Shown: positions 11,955 to 23,515 of the stretch, piece after piece | Numbering within the stretch: position 1 is the stretch's first letter | How the letters are laid out: the number at the start of each line of letters is the position of its first letter | Source: Octopus bimaculoides | Lineage: Eukaryota | NCBI RefSeq assembly: GCF_001194135.2 | Contig: NC_068982.1 | Location: forward strand, 106,294,530-106,337,266 | Reading direction: 5' to 3' | Length of the DNA: 42,737 nucleotides | Made by a program: the position numbers and the translations under genes | Notes under the pieces: generated by a model | Told to the model about the DNA's origin: nothing | What the model saw: the letters and a program-made list of their open reading frames with translations, nothing else | The model's database searches: none

Positions 11955-12589
11955 CAGAATAAATTTTACAATAAAAAAAAACTACGATTAAGAATTCTAA
12001 GGATAGCTTAACTATAACCTAAACTGTTATGCAATATGAAAGATAGCATAAGCCATCTTTGATCACCGAAACCAAACTTACGTCACAAAATTAATATGAA
12101 ATCAAGAGCCTTTAACTTATTTTTCAACTTAAAGACCGAAACTTACTCTCATTTAACATTGGACATCATATTATTATGAAATAGACCGGGCTTATAATCG
12201 TGAAAATCAACTTAAGATGAACTAATGAAAATTCAAAATGAAAGCCGTGAATAATCAATACATAACTTGTACCTTTAAGTTAGTTAATCGATTCGCTTTG
12301 TGCAGTTTTAGCTATACAGCACTTGGCTTTTCCCACTTTTGTAGGAAAGGAATCATTTACATATTAAATAACATAGAGATCTCATAACACTAATTAATCA
12401 AAATATATTATGAAAATATTTTATTGAGACATTTACTTCAGAAGTGTTAATTTATACACTACGTTTTGATGAGGGCGAAAGTGAGGCTAACAGTTGGCGG
12501 TGTTATGAGATGTCATTCAAATGCATTGATATTCTTCCCGTATTCTTTCACTCCTTTCAATCAATAGACTGTGGTAATGATGAAATAGT

Positions 12590-12764
12590 ACTTTTAAGGG
12601 TATGGTTGATCACATCGACTAAGTAGCTCATTTGCTTTTATTTATCGACATCGGAAGGATGAAAGGGGAAAGTCGGTCTTAGGGAAATTTTAACTCTGAA
12701 CTTAGAGAAGTAACTAAATACCACAAGGCATTTTATCCGATGCTCTATCGATTCTTCCAACCCC
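12590..12764 (-). mobile_element. SINE family A, old decayed copy
   Basis: ATCGACATCGGAAGGATGAAAGGGGAAAGTCG...TAACTCTGAAC...CGATTCTTCCAA matches the family A reverse complement. Confidence 0.7.
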
Positions 12765-13164
12765 TATCCTATATCTACCAACAACCTCCCTATAGATGAT
12801 ATATTTTAAAATGGAAAACTATATAACCACAGGGCTATCGCGCGATTCATATTAGAAGATTGCTTAAATGTAGTATTTGATTTTCATTCAACACTTAGAT
12901 TATACGGTATTTGAGAAGAAATGTGTATTTATGTTAAGTAATTTAATTAGTATGAGGTACTCTTAAAGTGTATTTCGCGCTAATTATATTAGTATGATGT
13001 AAGTAATACATTTTAGTTACCACAAGCTAATGCAAGAAATTAAATATTTAACTTCATAGAAAAAGATGAAGGCCCAGAGATACAAACTTCATTACACGAC
13101 TGAAATCTATTTTGTCTGATATTCACAATTCCCAAAAGTTGAAAAATAGTAAAATCCAGAGCAA

Positions 13165-13597
13165 TTTTTACCCTGCGCGCGTAAGCGAAGGCAGGGTACT
13201 ATAATCATTTGCTTTGTCTTTTTGTCTGTGTGTTTGCAAAATTACTGGGAAACTGCAGAACGGATTTTCCCCAAATTTGGCAGAAATGCTTATTGGGTAA
13301 GTGGCTCGAAATTATGAACATTTCGTTTGATTATCTTTAAGAAACATTTTTTTTCAATCGAACTTACAAATTTCCCGATAAGCAAACGGTCATATTATTT
13401 TGTTCATTTTCTTTTTCTTATGAATCGACCCTCGCCTGCGAGCTTATAGATCATGGTGTACCTATGCGCCTAGACACGTGTGGGTACATACATACATACA
13501 TACATACATACATACATACATGCATACATACATAAATACAAACATAGATATGCGACGGTGTGTGTGTGTGTGTGTGTGTGCATGCGTGCGTCTGTGT

Positions 13598-13689
<92 letters not shown>

Positions 13690-13971
13690 AGTGATGAATT
13701 CGAGGGTTCCGTTTATTTACGAGTTGATTTCTTAAGTTCACCAGAGTATAAATACCTATAATGGTGATACTTGAAAAAATAAATAGAACTTACAAAGTTC
13801 TCGATATGCAAGTGGGCATATTATTTTGTTCACTTCCTTTTTCATATGAATCTACCCTCGTCTGTATGTGTATAGATCATGGTGTAACTGTGCGCATAGA
13901 CACGTGTGGGTACATACATACGTACATATATATGTGACTGTGTGTGTGCGTGCGTCTGTGTGTGTGCGTGC

Positions 13972-14009
<38 letters not shown>

Positions 14010-14228
14010 CGTGATGGATTCGAGGGTTTCGTTTATTTACGAGTTGATTTCTAAATTTCACCGCAGTATAAATACCTGTAATGGTGATACGTAAAAAAAT
14101 AATAATAATGATAATAATTCATTTCAATTAAAAAGCATGGGTAAGCAACACATTGTAAGCCACACTATAATTTGCAAAAAAAATTATCTGCGCGCAGGGT
14201 ATGCATCGTCCCTCCGATACTTTTTTTT
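13165..14228 (+). mobile_element. DINE-1/HINE-like non-autonomous Helentron (rolling-circle) element with internal tandem repeats
   Basis: T-run, then sub-TIR TACCCTGCGCGC (13169-13180). Short IR GCAGGGTA (13191-13198) pairs with its start. A GTCT/GTGT-rich stretch and core follow. Perfect 12 bp complementary sub-TIR GCGCGCAGGGTA (14190-14201), 3' hairpin ATCG-TCCCTC-CGAT (14205-14218), then T8 (14221-14228). Confidence 0.75.
13360..14100 (+). repeat. Two tandem monomers (13360-13785, 426 bp; 13786-14100, 315 bp), each block A + (TACA)n + (TG)n + block B
   Basis: Both start GAACTTACAAA and end AATGGTGATAC.T.AAAAAAT; the length difference lies in the microsatellites. Confidence 0.92.
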
Positions 14229-14372
14229 CTTTCTTTCATTTTTTAAATACAACCTCTATGAAGACTATCAATCCTATATTTTTTCTTTTCTGAAAATAAA
14301 TTAACTAAAATATAGATAAATAGACAGATACGCAGGTGGATGCATGCACAGGAATGGATAAACTGGTAGCTG

Positions 14373-14386
14373 CATAGATATGCGAC

Positions 14387-14429
<43 letters not shown>

Positions 14430-14777
14430 AGCGATGGATTCGAGGGTTCCGTTTATTTACGAGTTGATTTCTTAAGTTCGCCGGAGTATAAATACATATA
14501 ATGGTGATACTTAAAAAAAAAATTAAAAACTTGAACTTACAAATTTCCCGATAAGCAGGTGGGCATATCATTTTGTTCATTTCCTTTTTCATATGAATCT
14601 ACCCTCGTCTGCGTGTGTATAGATCATGGAGTACCTGTGCGTGTAGACACGTGTGGGTACATGCATACATACATACATACATACATACATACATACATAC
14701 ATACATACATACATACTTACATACATGCATACATACATACATACATACATACAAACATACATACATACATACATACA

Positions 14778-14808
<31 letters not shown>

Positions 14809-14812
14809 GCGG
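14373..14812 (+). repeat. Third, circularly permuted monomer (block B then block A) outside the HINE-like element
   Basis: Starts CATAGATATGCGACGG(TG)n + block B, then GAACTTACAAA at 14533 + block A + (TACA)n. Confidence 0.9.
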
Positions 14813-15244
14813 AGTGGCTACTACATGTACAAACATTTTAAACGCCAGAAAAAATTTTAAAATGCCATGCGACCAACTGGAAAACATCATTCCCTGATCA
14901 CTAGATAGATTAGCAGCACACTTGATATGCTGTAGCTTCAAGCTGTCTCTTCAAATGAAGGTGCACTTCAGATTCCGCTTGGTGATTCCACAGCCTCTTG
15001 CCCTTCGTCATTCCTACAATTTCGCCAACATCAAATCCTACCCAAATATTTCACTCTACCTTTACACCAAGAAATGCAACCACATCATTTAAATTCTGTT
15101 CATGTTTTCTCAACTCGCTGAAATTCATACTAAATATTAACCACGCTAGTTTATGAAGACCTGTAAAGGCTATAGTCAGGGGACATTCTATTTAAATTAA
15201 AAAGATAAAAGCAAGAAAAAAAAACAAGTAATTGATAGAGCAAC

Positions 15245-16250
<1,006 letters not shown>

Positions 16251-17257
16251 AGGGAGTGTTTCATCTGGTATTTCATATATAGATATGCAATAGAGATTCA
16301 TTATGTACATATTAATAGGTACACACGGCAAATAAACTAGTACACAGTGACGTGCGACCGCACAAACACGCGCACATACACTAGCATATATGTGTGTGTC
16401 TATACGTATGTCAGCGTGTGTGTATGTGTGTGTGTGCGCGCCCGCGCGTATGTATGTATGTACGTATAGAGAGCACTTCAACTTGACAAGTTAACTGGTA
16501 TCTCTTAGTGAATCGTCGAACAGGTTTATTCCAGTCTGTTGATATATTTTCGAATGGGACAGCATGAATACCAAGTGTTGATAATCCGGTGGTAGAACTA
16601 GTGATGAAGAGGTTAGCTCTATTAATTATGCTGCTTCATCGGATATACACATATACATACAACACGCCCCGCACATAAATGTATGTATGTATGTATGTAA
16701 GACTGTGTATATGTATATTCATATACATACGTGTGCATATATTTATATATCGCATAATATCACACACACACACACATGTATGTATGTTGTATTATGTATT
16801 ATGAATACTTGGTATTGACAACGCCCAACAAAGCAGAAATGTGCATCTAACATTCTCACCAGCCACTGGCGGGAGAATTTTCGTCTGCCTCTGATATACA
16901 CTGTGCTTTTTAAATAAAGCACGTTCGTAAAAGATATTATCTCCGGATAAATTCTGCGGTAAATTTGTGTTTTGCGATGTATTTATATTTACTATGGTAC
17001 ACAGATAGCTATTTTAATCTATTAGATTGTCTTAATTATAACGGATATATACACACTCATAACATATATGTGCGTAGATGTTTGTGTTTGTGTGTGCCTG
17101 TCATTGTTTATCTGTGTTTGTGAGCTTGTGTGAGTTTGTGTGTGCGTGTGTGCGTGCGTGTGTGTGTGTGAGTGTGTGCGCGTTTGTTTGTGTAAACTGG
17201 TTGAAGCTAAAGGTATGTTAATCATATAGCTGATCAGGCTATATTATTATATCAGCC

Positions 17258-17484
17258 AAGGCGGCCAGCTGGCAGAATCGTTAGCACGCTGGGCGAAATG
17301 CTTAACGGCATTTCGTTTGCCGCTAGGTTCTGAGTTCAAATTCCGCCGAGGTCGACACTGCCTTTCATCCTTTCGGAGTAAATTAAGTACCAGTAAATGA
17401 AGTACCAGCTGAGTACTGGTGTCGATGTAATCGACTAGTCCTCTTCCCCCAAATTCGAGGCTTCGTGCTTTCAGTAGAAAGAAT
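17258..17484 (+). mobile_element. SINE family A, full length, with 16 bp TSD
   Basis: AAGGCGGCCAGCTGGCAGAATCG...GAGTTCAAATTCC...TCAGTAGAAAGAAT; TSD TATTATTATATCAGCC at 17242-17257 and 17485-17500. Confidence 0.95.
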
Positions 17485-17829
17485 TATTATTATATCAGCC
17501 GATGATATATGATTATTAGGCTATATGATTATTATATCATCGCTAGGAATTTGTTTCCCTAGTATGTAGCGCAACGTAATTTCAAAGCATGGTTTGTCCC
17601 TCTCGGACAAAGGAGGATTTCAATAACGCGGTAATACCTAACGAAATAATCAGAGATTCTGCTCCATAATTCAACCTATTTTGCAATTGGTGTTCATACA
17701 CGTTCAGTTGTACATCTACCTGTATTGAAGCATTGAGACAGTTGTATAGATTCTATACATGGATAACCTCTTTTGGAAGAAGTGGGCCGCATGAGACAGG
17801 CGGGTAGCACTACTTCAAGGTAACTTTTC

Positions 17830-17918
17830 GTACCATTCAGAAAGTACCATTCAGAAAGTACCATTCAGAAGGTACTATTCAGAAAGTACCTTTCAGAAAG
17901 TACCATTCAGAAAGTACC
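17830..17918. repeat. 14 bp minisatellite (GTACCATTCAGAAA) x6.4
   Basis: Units start at 17830, 17844, 17858, 17872, 17886 and 17900, with a partial at 17914; three single-base variants. Confidence 0.97.
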
Positions 17919-18571
17919 GCAGGCTGCAGTTTGCCTTGACTGAGATCATTGCTTCTCTATGGGGTGAGGGAGCTGTGAAGACTGAAAAGAAGGCAGGGAC
18001 ATTTCCGTTTAATAAAGTTAAGTTGTTTTTAAAATTTTAAACTTATCCAATATTATGGCGAAGAAAGAAAAATTATATGAATGGCTTAACAATCTTTTCA
18101 TTAGTAAAGAGAGTAGAGCAATATTCTGGGAGATGGGTTTACTATTTATCAGTTTGAGATGTACTGATTTGGCTATAGAAAATACTGTGGAACACCGCAG
18201 ACACAATATCAACGAATCGAAAACCGGCTACATCTCTCTCTCCCTCTGTTCCTTTTCTCTTTCTTTTTCTCACTCATATATACTCATAGAAAGCGTACAC
18301 ACACACACACACATACACACACATACACGTATTGATATATAGGAGATGGTGAAAAGGAGAGGTGAAGGGAGGAAGGAGGAGACTAAGACGGAAATCTTTT
18401 ATATCTCTTTAAAGGGACCATCGGGCCGTGATATGAACACCAATTTTCAGTCTGTTCAATGATTGAGTGTAGCCGAACACCCGCTACAACTATTTCACAC
18501 ATAAGTTTATTCAGGATAATCACCCCCGTAACATTTGTTTAACTTAGACATCTAAAGCAAAACCACTAGAC

Positions 18572-19359
18572 CAGCGGTTTTCAACCAGAGTCCACATGAC
18601 CCTTGGCGGTCCATATAAAATTTTGCTGTTAAAATATATGGTTTTACTTCTAGAACGTGGAGGCACAATGGCCCAGTGGTTAGGGCAGCGGACTCGCGGT
18701 CATAGGATCGCGGTTTCGATTCCCAGACCGGGTGTTCTAAGTGTTTATTGAGCGAAAACACCTGAAGCTCCACGAGGCTCGGGCAGGGGATAGTGGCGAA
18801 CCCTGCTGTACTCTTTCACCACAACTTTCTCTCACTCTTACTTCCTGTTTCTGTTGTGCCTGTAATTCAAAGGGTCAGCCTTGTCACACTGTGTCACGCT
18901 GAATATCCCCGANNNNNNNNNNCTCGGGCAGGGGATAGTGGCGAACCCTGCTGTACTCTTTCACCACAACTTTCTCTCACTCTTACTTCCTGTTTCTGTT
19001 GTGCCTGTAATTCAAAGGGTCAGCCTTGTCACACTGTGTCACGCTGAATATCCCCGAGAACTACGTTAAGGGTACACGTGTCTGTGGAGTGCTCAGCCAC
19101 TTGCACGTTAATTTCACGAGCAGGCTGTTCCGTTGATCGGATCAACTGGAACCCTCGACGTCGTTAGCGACGGAGTGCCAAGAACAACAACTTCTAGAAT
19201 ACACAAAATATCTTAATTTCTTTAAAATACAATTCCTAATAATATTTGATTATAAAAATACAACAGGATTTTTCAAAACATCGAATGGCTATGAGGGTCC
19301 ACCTCAGTGAAATATGAATCAAAGGGGTTTATAGGGGAAAGAATGATTGAGAACCACTG
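18572..19359. mobile_element. hAT (Charlie-like) MITE, ~244 bp net, interrupted by a SINE
   Basis: TIRs CAGCGGTTTTCAACC (from 18572) / GATTGAGAACCACTG (ends 19359); 8 bp flanks CACTAGAC / GGCTAGAT share the CTAGA core. Confidence 0.75.
18656..19189 (+). mobile_element. tRNA-derived SINE family C with (AAC)n tail, ~389 bp net
   Basis: tRNA-like head TGGCCCAGTGGTTAGG...GGTTTCGATTCCC; tail GGAGTGCCAAGAACAACA; TSD ACTTCTAGAA at 18646-18655 and 19190-19199. It contains a 135 bp duplication around the N gap 18913-18922. Confidence 0.9.
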
Positions 19360-20644
19360 GGCTAGATTGAGAACTACTGACCAATGACAATAAAATGTTT
19401 AAAGATTTGCTGTTACAGAATATATGAACGGAAGTGAAATACTGAATCCAAGGAAACTGACGAGTGTCTATGGTGGTAAGAATAAATCAAAAAGGAGAAA
19501 TTGTTGATTGTCATATAATCCAGATTCCAGGAGCAAAAGAAGGATCTACAGTTTGGAGCTGTTGCTTTTTAGCAGAGAATTGAAAATTATCATGAAGTGT
19601 TTGCCTAACTGAGTCAGGTGATATTCACTTTCTATACATTTTGTCAAGTGCTAAAATTTTTATGTTTTCTTCTACTATCTGTTGTATAACAGTAGCCCAA
19701 AATTTTAAATTTCCAACTACCCATAGCAAATAAATTATTCAACATTTCACGAAATCTTTCTGAATATATTCCAAGATATCACGTCAGTCATTCGGCTACT
19801 CAATCTCCCTCTCTTTCTCTCTCGTTCTTTCTCTATTCTTTCTCTTCCCTTTTCTCTATCTTTCTCTGTCTCTATCTCTGTTCGTCTGTCTTTCTCTGTT
19901 TCTTTCTCTCTCTCTCTCTTTCTCTTTCTCTATCTATCTATCTATCTATCTATCTATGTCTGTTCGTCACTTTGTCTTCACTTCCTTTACTTTCCATTGT
20001 TTGTGTTGTATACATAAGCGTATGGTATGTGTGAGATCATGCAGTGTGTATGTGCGTGTTTCTCTGTCGTGCGTGTATCCTCTGTGTAAGTGTGTGTGTG
20101 TAGGTGTTGTGCGTATCCGTGCGTAAGTGCGATAGTTTAAATATTTCATACTATCCCTTTGAAGTAATAAAATGTGAGGAATCTTTACATTACATTGTTG
20201 TGATTCAAGCAATGTCTGGTTATGAAATAGTGTGAATATACACAGATTATATAATACTATGCACTGTACAACCTCCTAGCATTTTGGTAAACAATATTTT
20301 ACTTCATTAGTCCACCATAGGTTAATAATTAGAATCTCTGTATGTCGCTTATTATACTATTAATCCGACAGAATACATGGCCCAATTGACTATTTATGTC
20401 TGGGAAGTAATCGCAAACTTGAAAACGTTACATTTTTCATACCCACCTAAGTATTTAGAACAAAATGGACACCTCACTACTTCGAAACAGCAACAACTCT
20501 CCCCCTCTCTCTATTTCTCTCCCCACCTCTCTCTATTTCTCCCCCCCCCTTTCTCTCGCTCTCTAGTGCTTCAGTTTGATAGAAAAAAACAGAGATATCT
20601 TCCATTAATCAAACGCTACTACATTTTTATTTCTTTCAAGCTTT

Positions 20645-20760
20645 AGAAAGGAAAACAACACATTGGACAATGTTACTCAAGATGTAAAAATTATGATAGT
20701 CAAGGCTGGATTGTCATTGATCAAAGTTCTCTATCAGAGTTCATTCCGGACAAACCACAG
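20645..20760 (+). mobile_element. Family D remnant
   Basis: ACACATTGGACAATGT...GTCAAGGCTGGATTGTCATTGATCA resembles 23440-23515 and 26595-26657. Confidence 0.45.
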
Positions 20761-20765
20761 ACCAT

Positions 20766-20987
20766 TAATAATCCTTTCTAATATAGACACAAAACCTGAA
20801 ATTTTAGTAGGAGAGAGTTAGTCTATGACGTCGGCTCCAGTGATCAACTGGTACTTATTCTATCGACCCCGAAAGGATGAAAGGCAAAGTTGACATCGGT
20901 GAGACTTGAATTTAGAACATAGAGCTGGAAGAAACGCCGCTAAGCATTCTGTATGTTGTGCTAACGATTCCGTCAGCTCGCCGCCTC
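20766..20987 (-). mobile_element. SINE family A, full length
   Basis: Reverse complement runs GAGGCGGCGAGCTGACGGAATCGTTAGCAC...TATATTAGAAAGGATTATTA. Confidence 0.9.
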
Positions 20988-21207
20988 AGACTAAGTGGTT
21001 ATAATAATGCGATTTTTTAAAACTCTCTGAGCTTTCAAGGGCACTAGTTCATAAATGATGCGACGCCGCTAGGGACATCCAAGTGCGTCATGGCATAGTG
21101 GTATGATACAAAGAGCATCTAAGTGTGCCGTAGATTTTCTAATGTAATTATTCCTGCCGCTCGACTTTCTTACCCTTATTCCCTTCTCTTCAAATCACTC
21201 GTAGGCT

Positions 21208-21245
<38 letters not shown>

Positions 21246-21281
21246 TCGTCGCGAAATACACACACACACACATGTACGTAT

Positions 21282-21544
21282 AAAAAAATAAATAAATGCG
21301 CCCTTTTGAAGCCTAGCCAGGCTCATGGGCCCGGTTTCTCGGTTTCAATGGCGTATGCGTTCCTCAGCTGGACGAGACGCCAGTCCATCGCAGCGTTACT
21401 CATTTTTGCCAGCTGAGTGGACTGGAGCAACGTAAAATGAAGTGTTTTGCTCAAGAACACAACGCGTCTCCCGGTCCAGGAATCGAAACCACAATCTTAC
21501 GATCATGGTGCCGACACCCTAATCACTAAGCCACGCGCCTCCAC
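21282..21544 (-). mobile_element. tRNA-derived SINE family C2, full length
   Basis: Head GTGGAGGCGCGTGGCTTAGTG...GGTTTCGATTCCTGG; tail (ATTT)n; TSD ACATGTACGTAT at 21270-21281 and 21545-21556. Confidence 0.92.
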
Positions 21545-21747
21545 ACATGTACGTATCGTCACACTGAATCATCGAACATTAAAATTAACAATGACAAACA
21601 ACAGGAGGACGTGTACATGGAATGTATCAGTTTGACGGTAAAAAGGGAGCTCTTCGTCGGAAAGGAAAAGGGAAAAATCTAGAGAAGGAAAAATATCACC
21701 AACAGCACGTCTGTAGTTACACACATACCTACGCATAAATGTATGTA

Positions 21748-21886
21748 TTTCCATCTACTGAATCCACTCACAAGGCTTTGCTCTACTTGAGGCTAAATAG
21801 AAGACAAAATGTACCACACAGTGGGACTGAATAGGGAACTATGTGGTTGAGAAGCAAAAATCTTAACACACAGCTACACAAGCGCC
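21748..21886 (-). mobile_element. SINE family B, 5' part
   Basis: Reverse complement GGCGC...CAACCACATAGTTCC...TTCAGTCCCACTG...AAAGCCTTGTGAGTGGATT. Confidence 0.7.
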
Positions 21887-22455
21887 GCGTACAGAGCAAA
21901 TAGATATGAATATTATTATAGTATTGTAATAGTTAACTGCTATTTCACTACTTTGTATTTCATGCAAAAAACATTTTTTAAGTAATAATCGAAAGGTATC
22001 TTAGAAAAGATGCATTTTTTGTAGTGTAAAATGCTTCTTTAGTAATATTTCATATTTAAAATACTTTTTACTGGAATACTGAGCATGCCTTATATGGTAT
22101 AAGATTTAACAGACGGAACTTCAAAATCGCTACGAACCTTTTCTATCTTTGTGTATGTGCGTGTGTGTTTTGAAGTTACATATAAAAACAATTTAACATA
22201 AACAGAAGAATTATTCAATACTTTTTTTTTTTAAATTAGAGTCCATATTTATTAATTATTACGTGGAAAAGTTTGACTGCGAATTCAGAATTTCAACTTA
22301 CTGGTTCTCATCTTGTAACAGCTTAATGAGGACTAGTAAGCGGAAACTTCGAAGTCATTTTCAATCTTTTTCCTGTAAATACACTCACATACACGCGTAC
22401 ACACATACACATGCAGGTACATACACACGCACAAACACACACGTACACACACACA

Positions 22456-22496
<41 letters not shown>

Positions 22497-22864
22497 GTCC
22501 ACACATACATATACATTGACGTTATTAGAATTTAGGCGATGCAACAACTTTTCCGTCTGCTCTGTCTCTTTTTCCCTCTCTCTCCCTCCCTCCCCCTCTC
22601 TCTTTAGATTGCATACACAATTTTTCACCGTTGGATATCTGTAAGCAATAATTTTGTTACAAATTACCTAACAAATGTCTTTTATGAGGAAAAAAAAAAC
22701 GCTAACTTGTCTAATGGAGACTGAAATGACACAACTTTTATCGAATAGAAATGGCATGATAGCCATTGGCCTAAGAAACTATTTCGCAGAACACAGCATC
22801 TCGAATTAATCTACAGATTTTGACTTAACTTCAAGGGATTTAGTTAACAAATGCCAGCCAAAAT

Positions 22865-23146
22865 GAGAACCGCTATATAGTCGCTCAACGTGCTAGAATT
22901 CACCGTCAAATTTCTTTCAAATCAGAAACTAATCGATTTTTGAAAAAAATTCTAGACTAAAAATTTTTAGACTAGGCGCAGGAATGGTTGTGTAGTAATT
23001 AGCTTGCTTACCAACCACATGGTTCCGGGTTCAGTCCCACTTCGTGGCACCTTGGGCAAGTGTCTTCTACTATAGCCTCGGGCTGACCAAAGCCTTGTGA
23101 GTGGATTTGGTAGACGGAAACTGAAAAGAAGCCCGTCGTATATATG

Positions 23147-23193
<47 letters not shown>

Positions 23194-23515
23194 TTGTGAG
23201 TCTGTGTTTGTCCCCCCACCATCGCTTGACAACCGATGCTGGTGTGTTTACGTCCCCGTAACTTAGCGGTTCGGCGAAAAGAGACCGATAGAATAAGTAC
23301 TAGGCTTACAAAGAATAAGACCTGGGGTCGATTTGTTCGACTAAAGGCGGTGCTCCAGCATGGCCGCAGTCAAATGACTGAAACAAGTAAAAGAGTAAAA
23401 GAGTAATTAACCAATATATTATTAAATATACAATATGACAAGATGGTCAGGGCTGGCATGCCTTTGATCATCGGTATACCCGATCTGTGCTGACATGGGG
23501 CGAAATAATAACAGA
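22865..23515 (+). mobile_element. Family D element split by a SINE B insertion (halves about 22865-22970 and 23406-23515)
   Basis: Left half GTCGCTCAACGTGCTAGAA...CAAAT; right half GATGGTCAGGGCTGGCATGCCTTTGATCAT...GCTGACATGGGGCGAAATAATAAC. Confidence 0.5.
22974..23405 (+). mobile_element. SINE family B, full length, with internal (TA)n(TG)n tract
   Basis: tRNA-like head AGGCGCAGGAATGGTTGTGTAG...GGGTTCAGTCCC, then CCTTGGGCAAGTGTCTT, microsatellite, and tail (AGTAAAAG)n. Confidence 0.92.

Noticed and set aside
11779-11991. + strand 70 aa ORF (also 8573-8812, 8698-8904, 8911-9114 and 42356-42547)
   Set aside because: Antisense shadows of the minus-strand transposase relics.
13360-14812. Repeat-spacer-like periodicity (and the 14-mer array at 17830)
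   Set aside because: Not CRISPR: the variable parts are microsatellites or absent, the context is eukaryotic, and there are no cas genes.
14880-15135. Minus-strand near-open frame MNFSELRKHEQ...*NIWVGFDVGEIVGMTKGKRLWNHQAESEV...
   Set aside because: Internal stop, weak splice sites and no recognisable motif; a BLASTx would be needed.
16460-16600. Minus-strand open stretch ...LGIHAVPFENISTDWNKPVRRFTKRYQL...
   Set aside because: Poor acceptor and donor, and no family recognised.
17917-17982. Minus-strand acceptor CCTTCTTTTCAG with frame FTAPSPHREAMISVKANCSL
   Set aside because: The donor (GTACTT) is weak, falls in the minisatellite, and the peptide is unrecognised.
18657-18735. tRNA-like sequence with A and B boxes (also 21470-21544 and 22974-23040)
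   Set aside because: These continue into repeat bodies with tails and TSDs and lack a clean acceptor stem; they are SINE heads, not tRNA genes.
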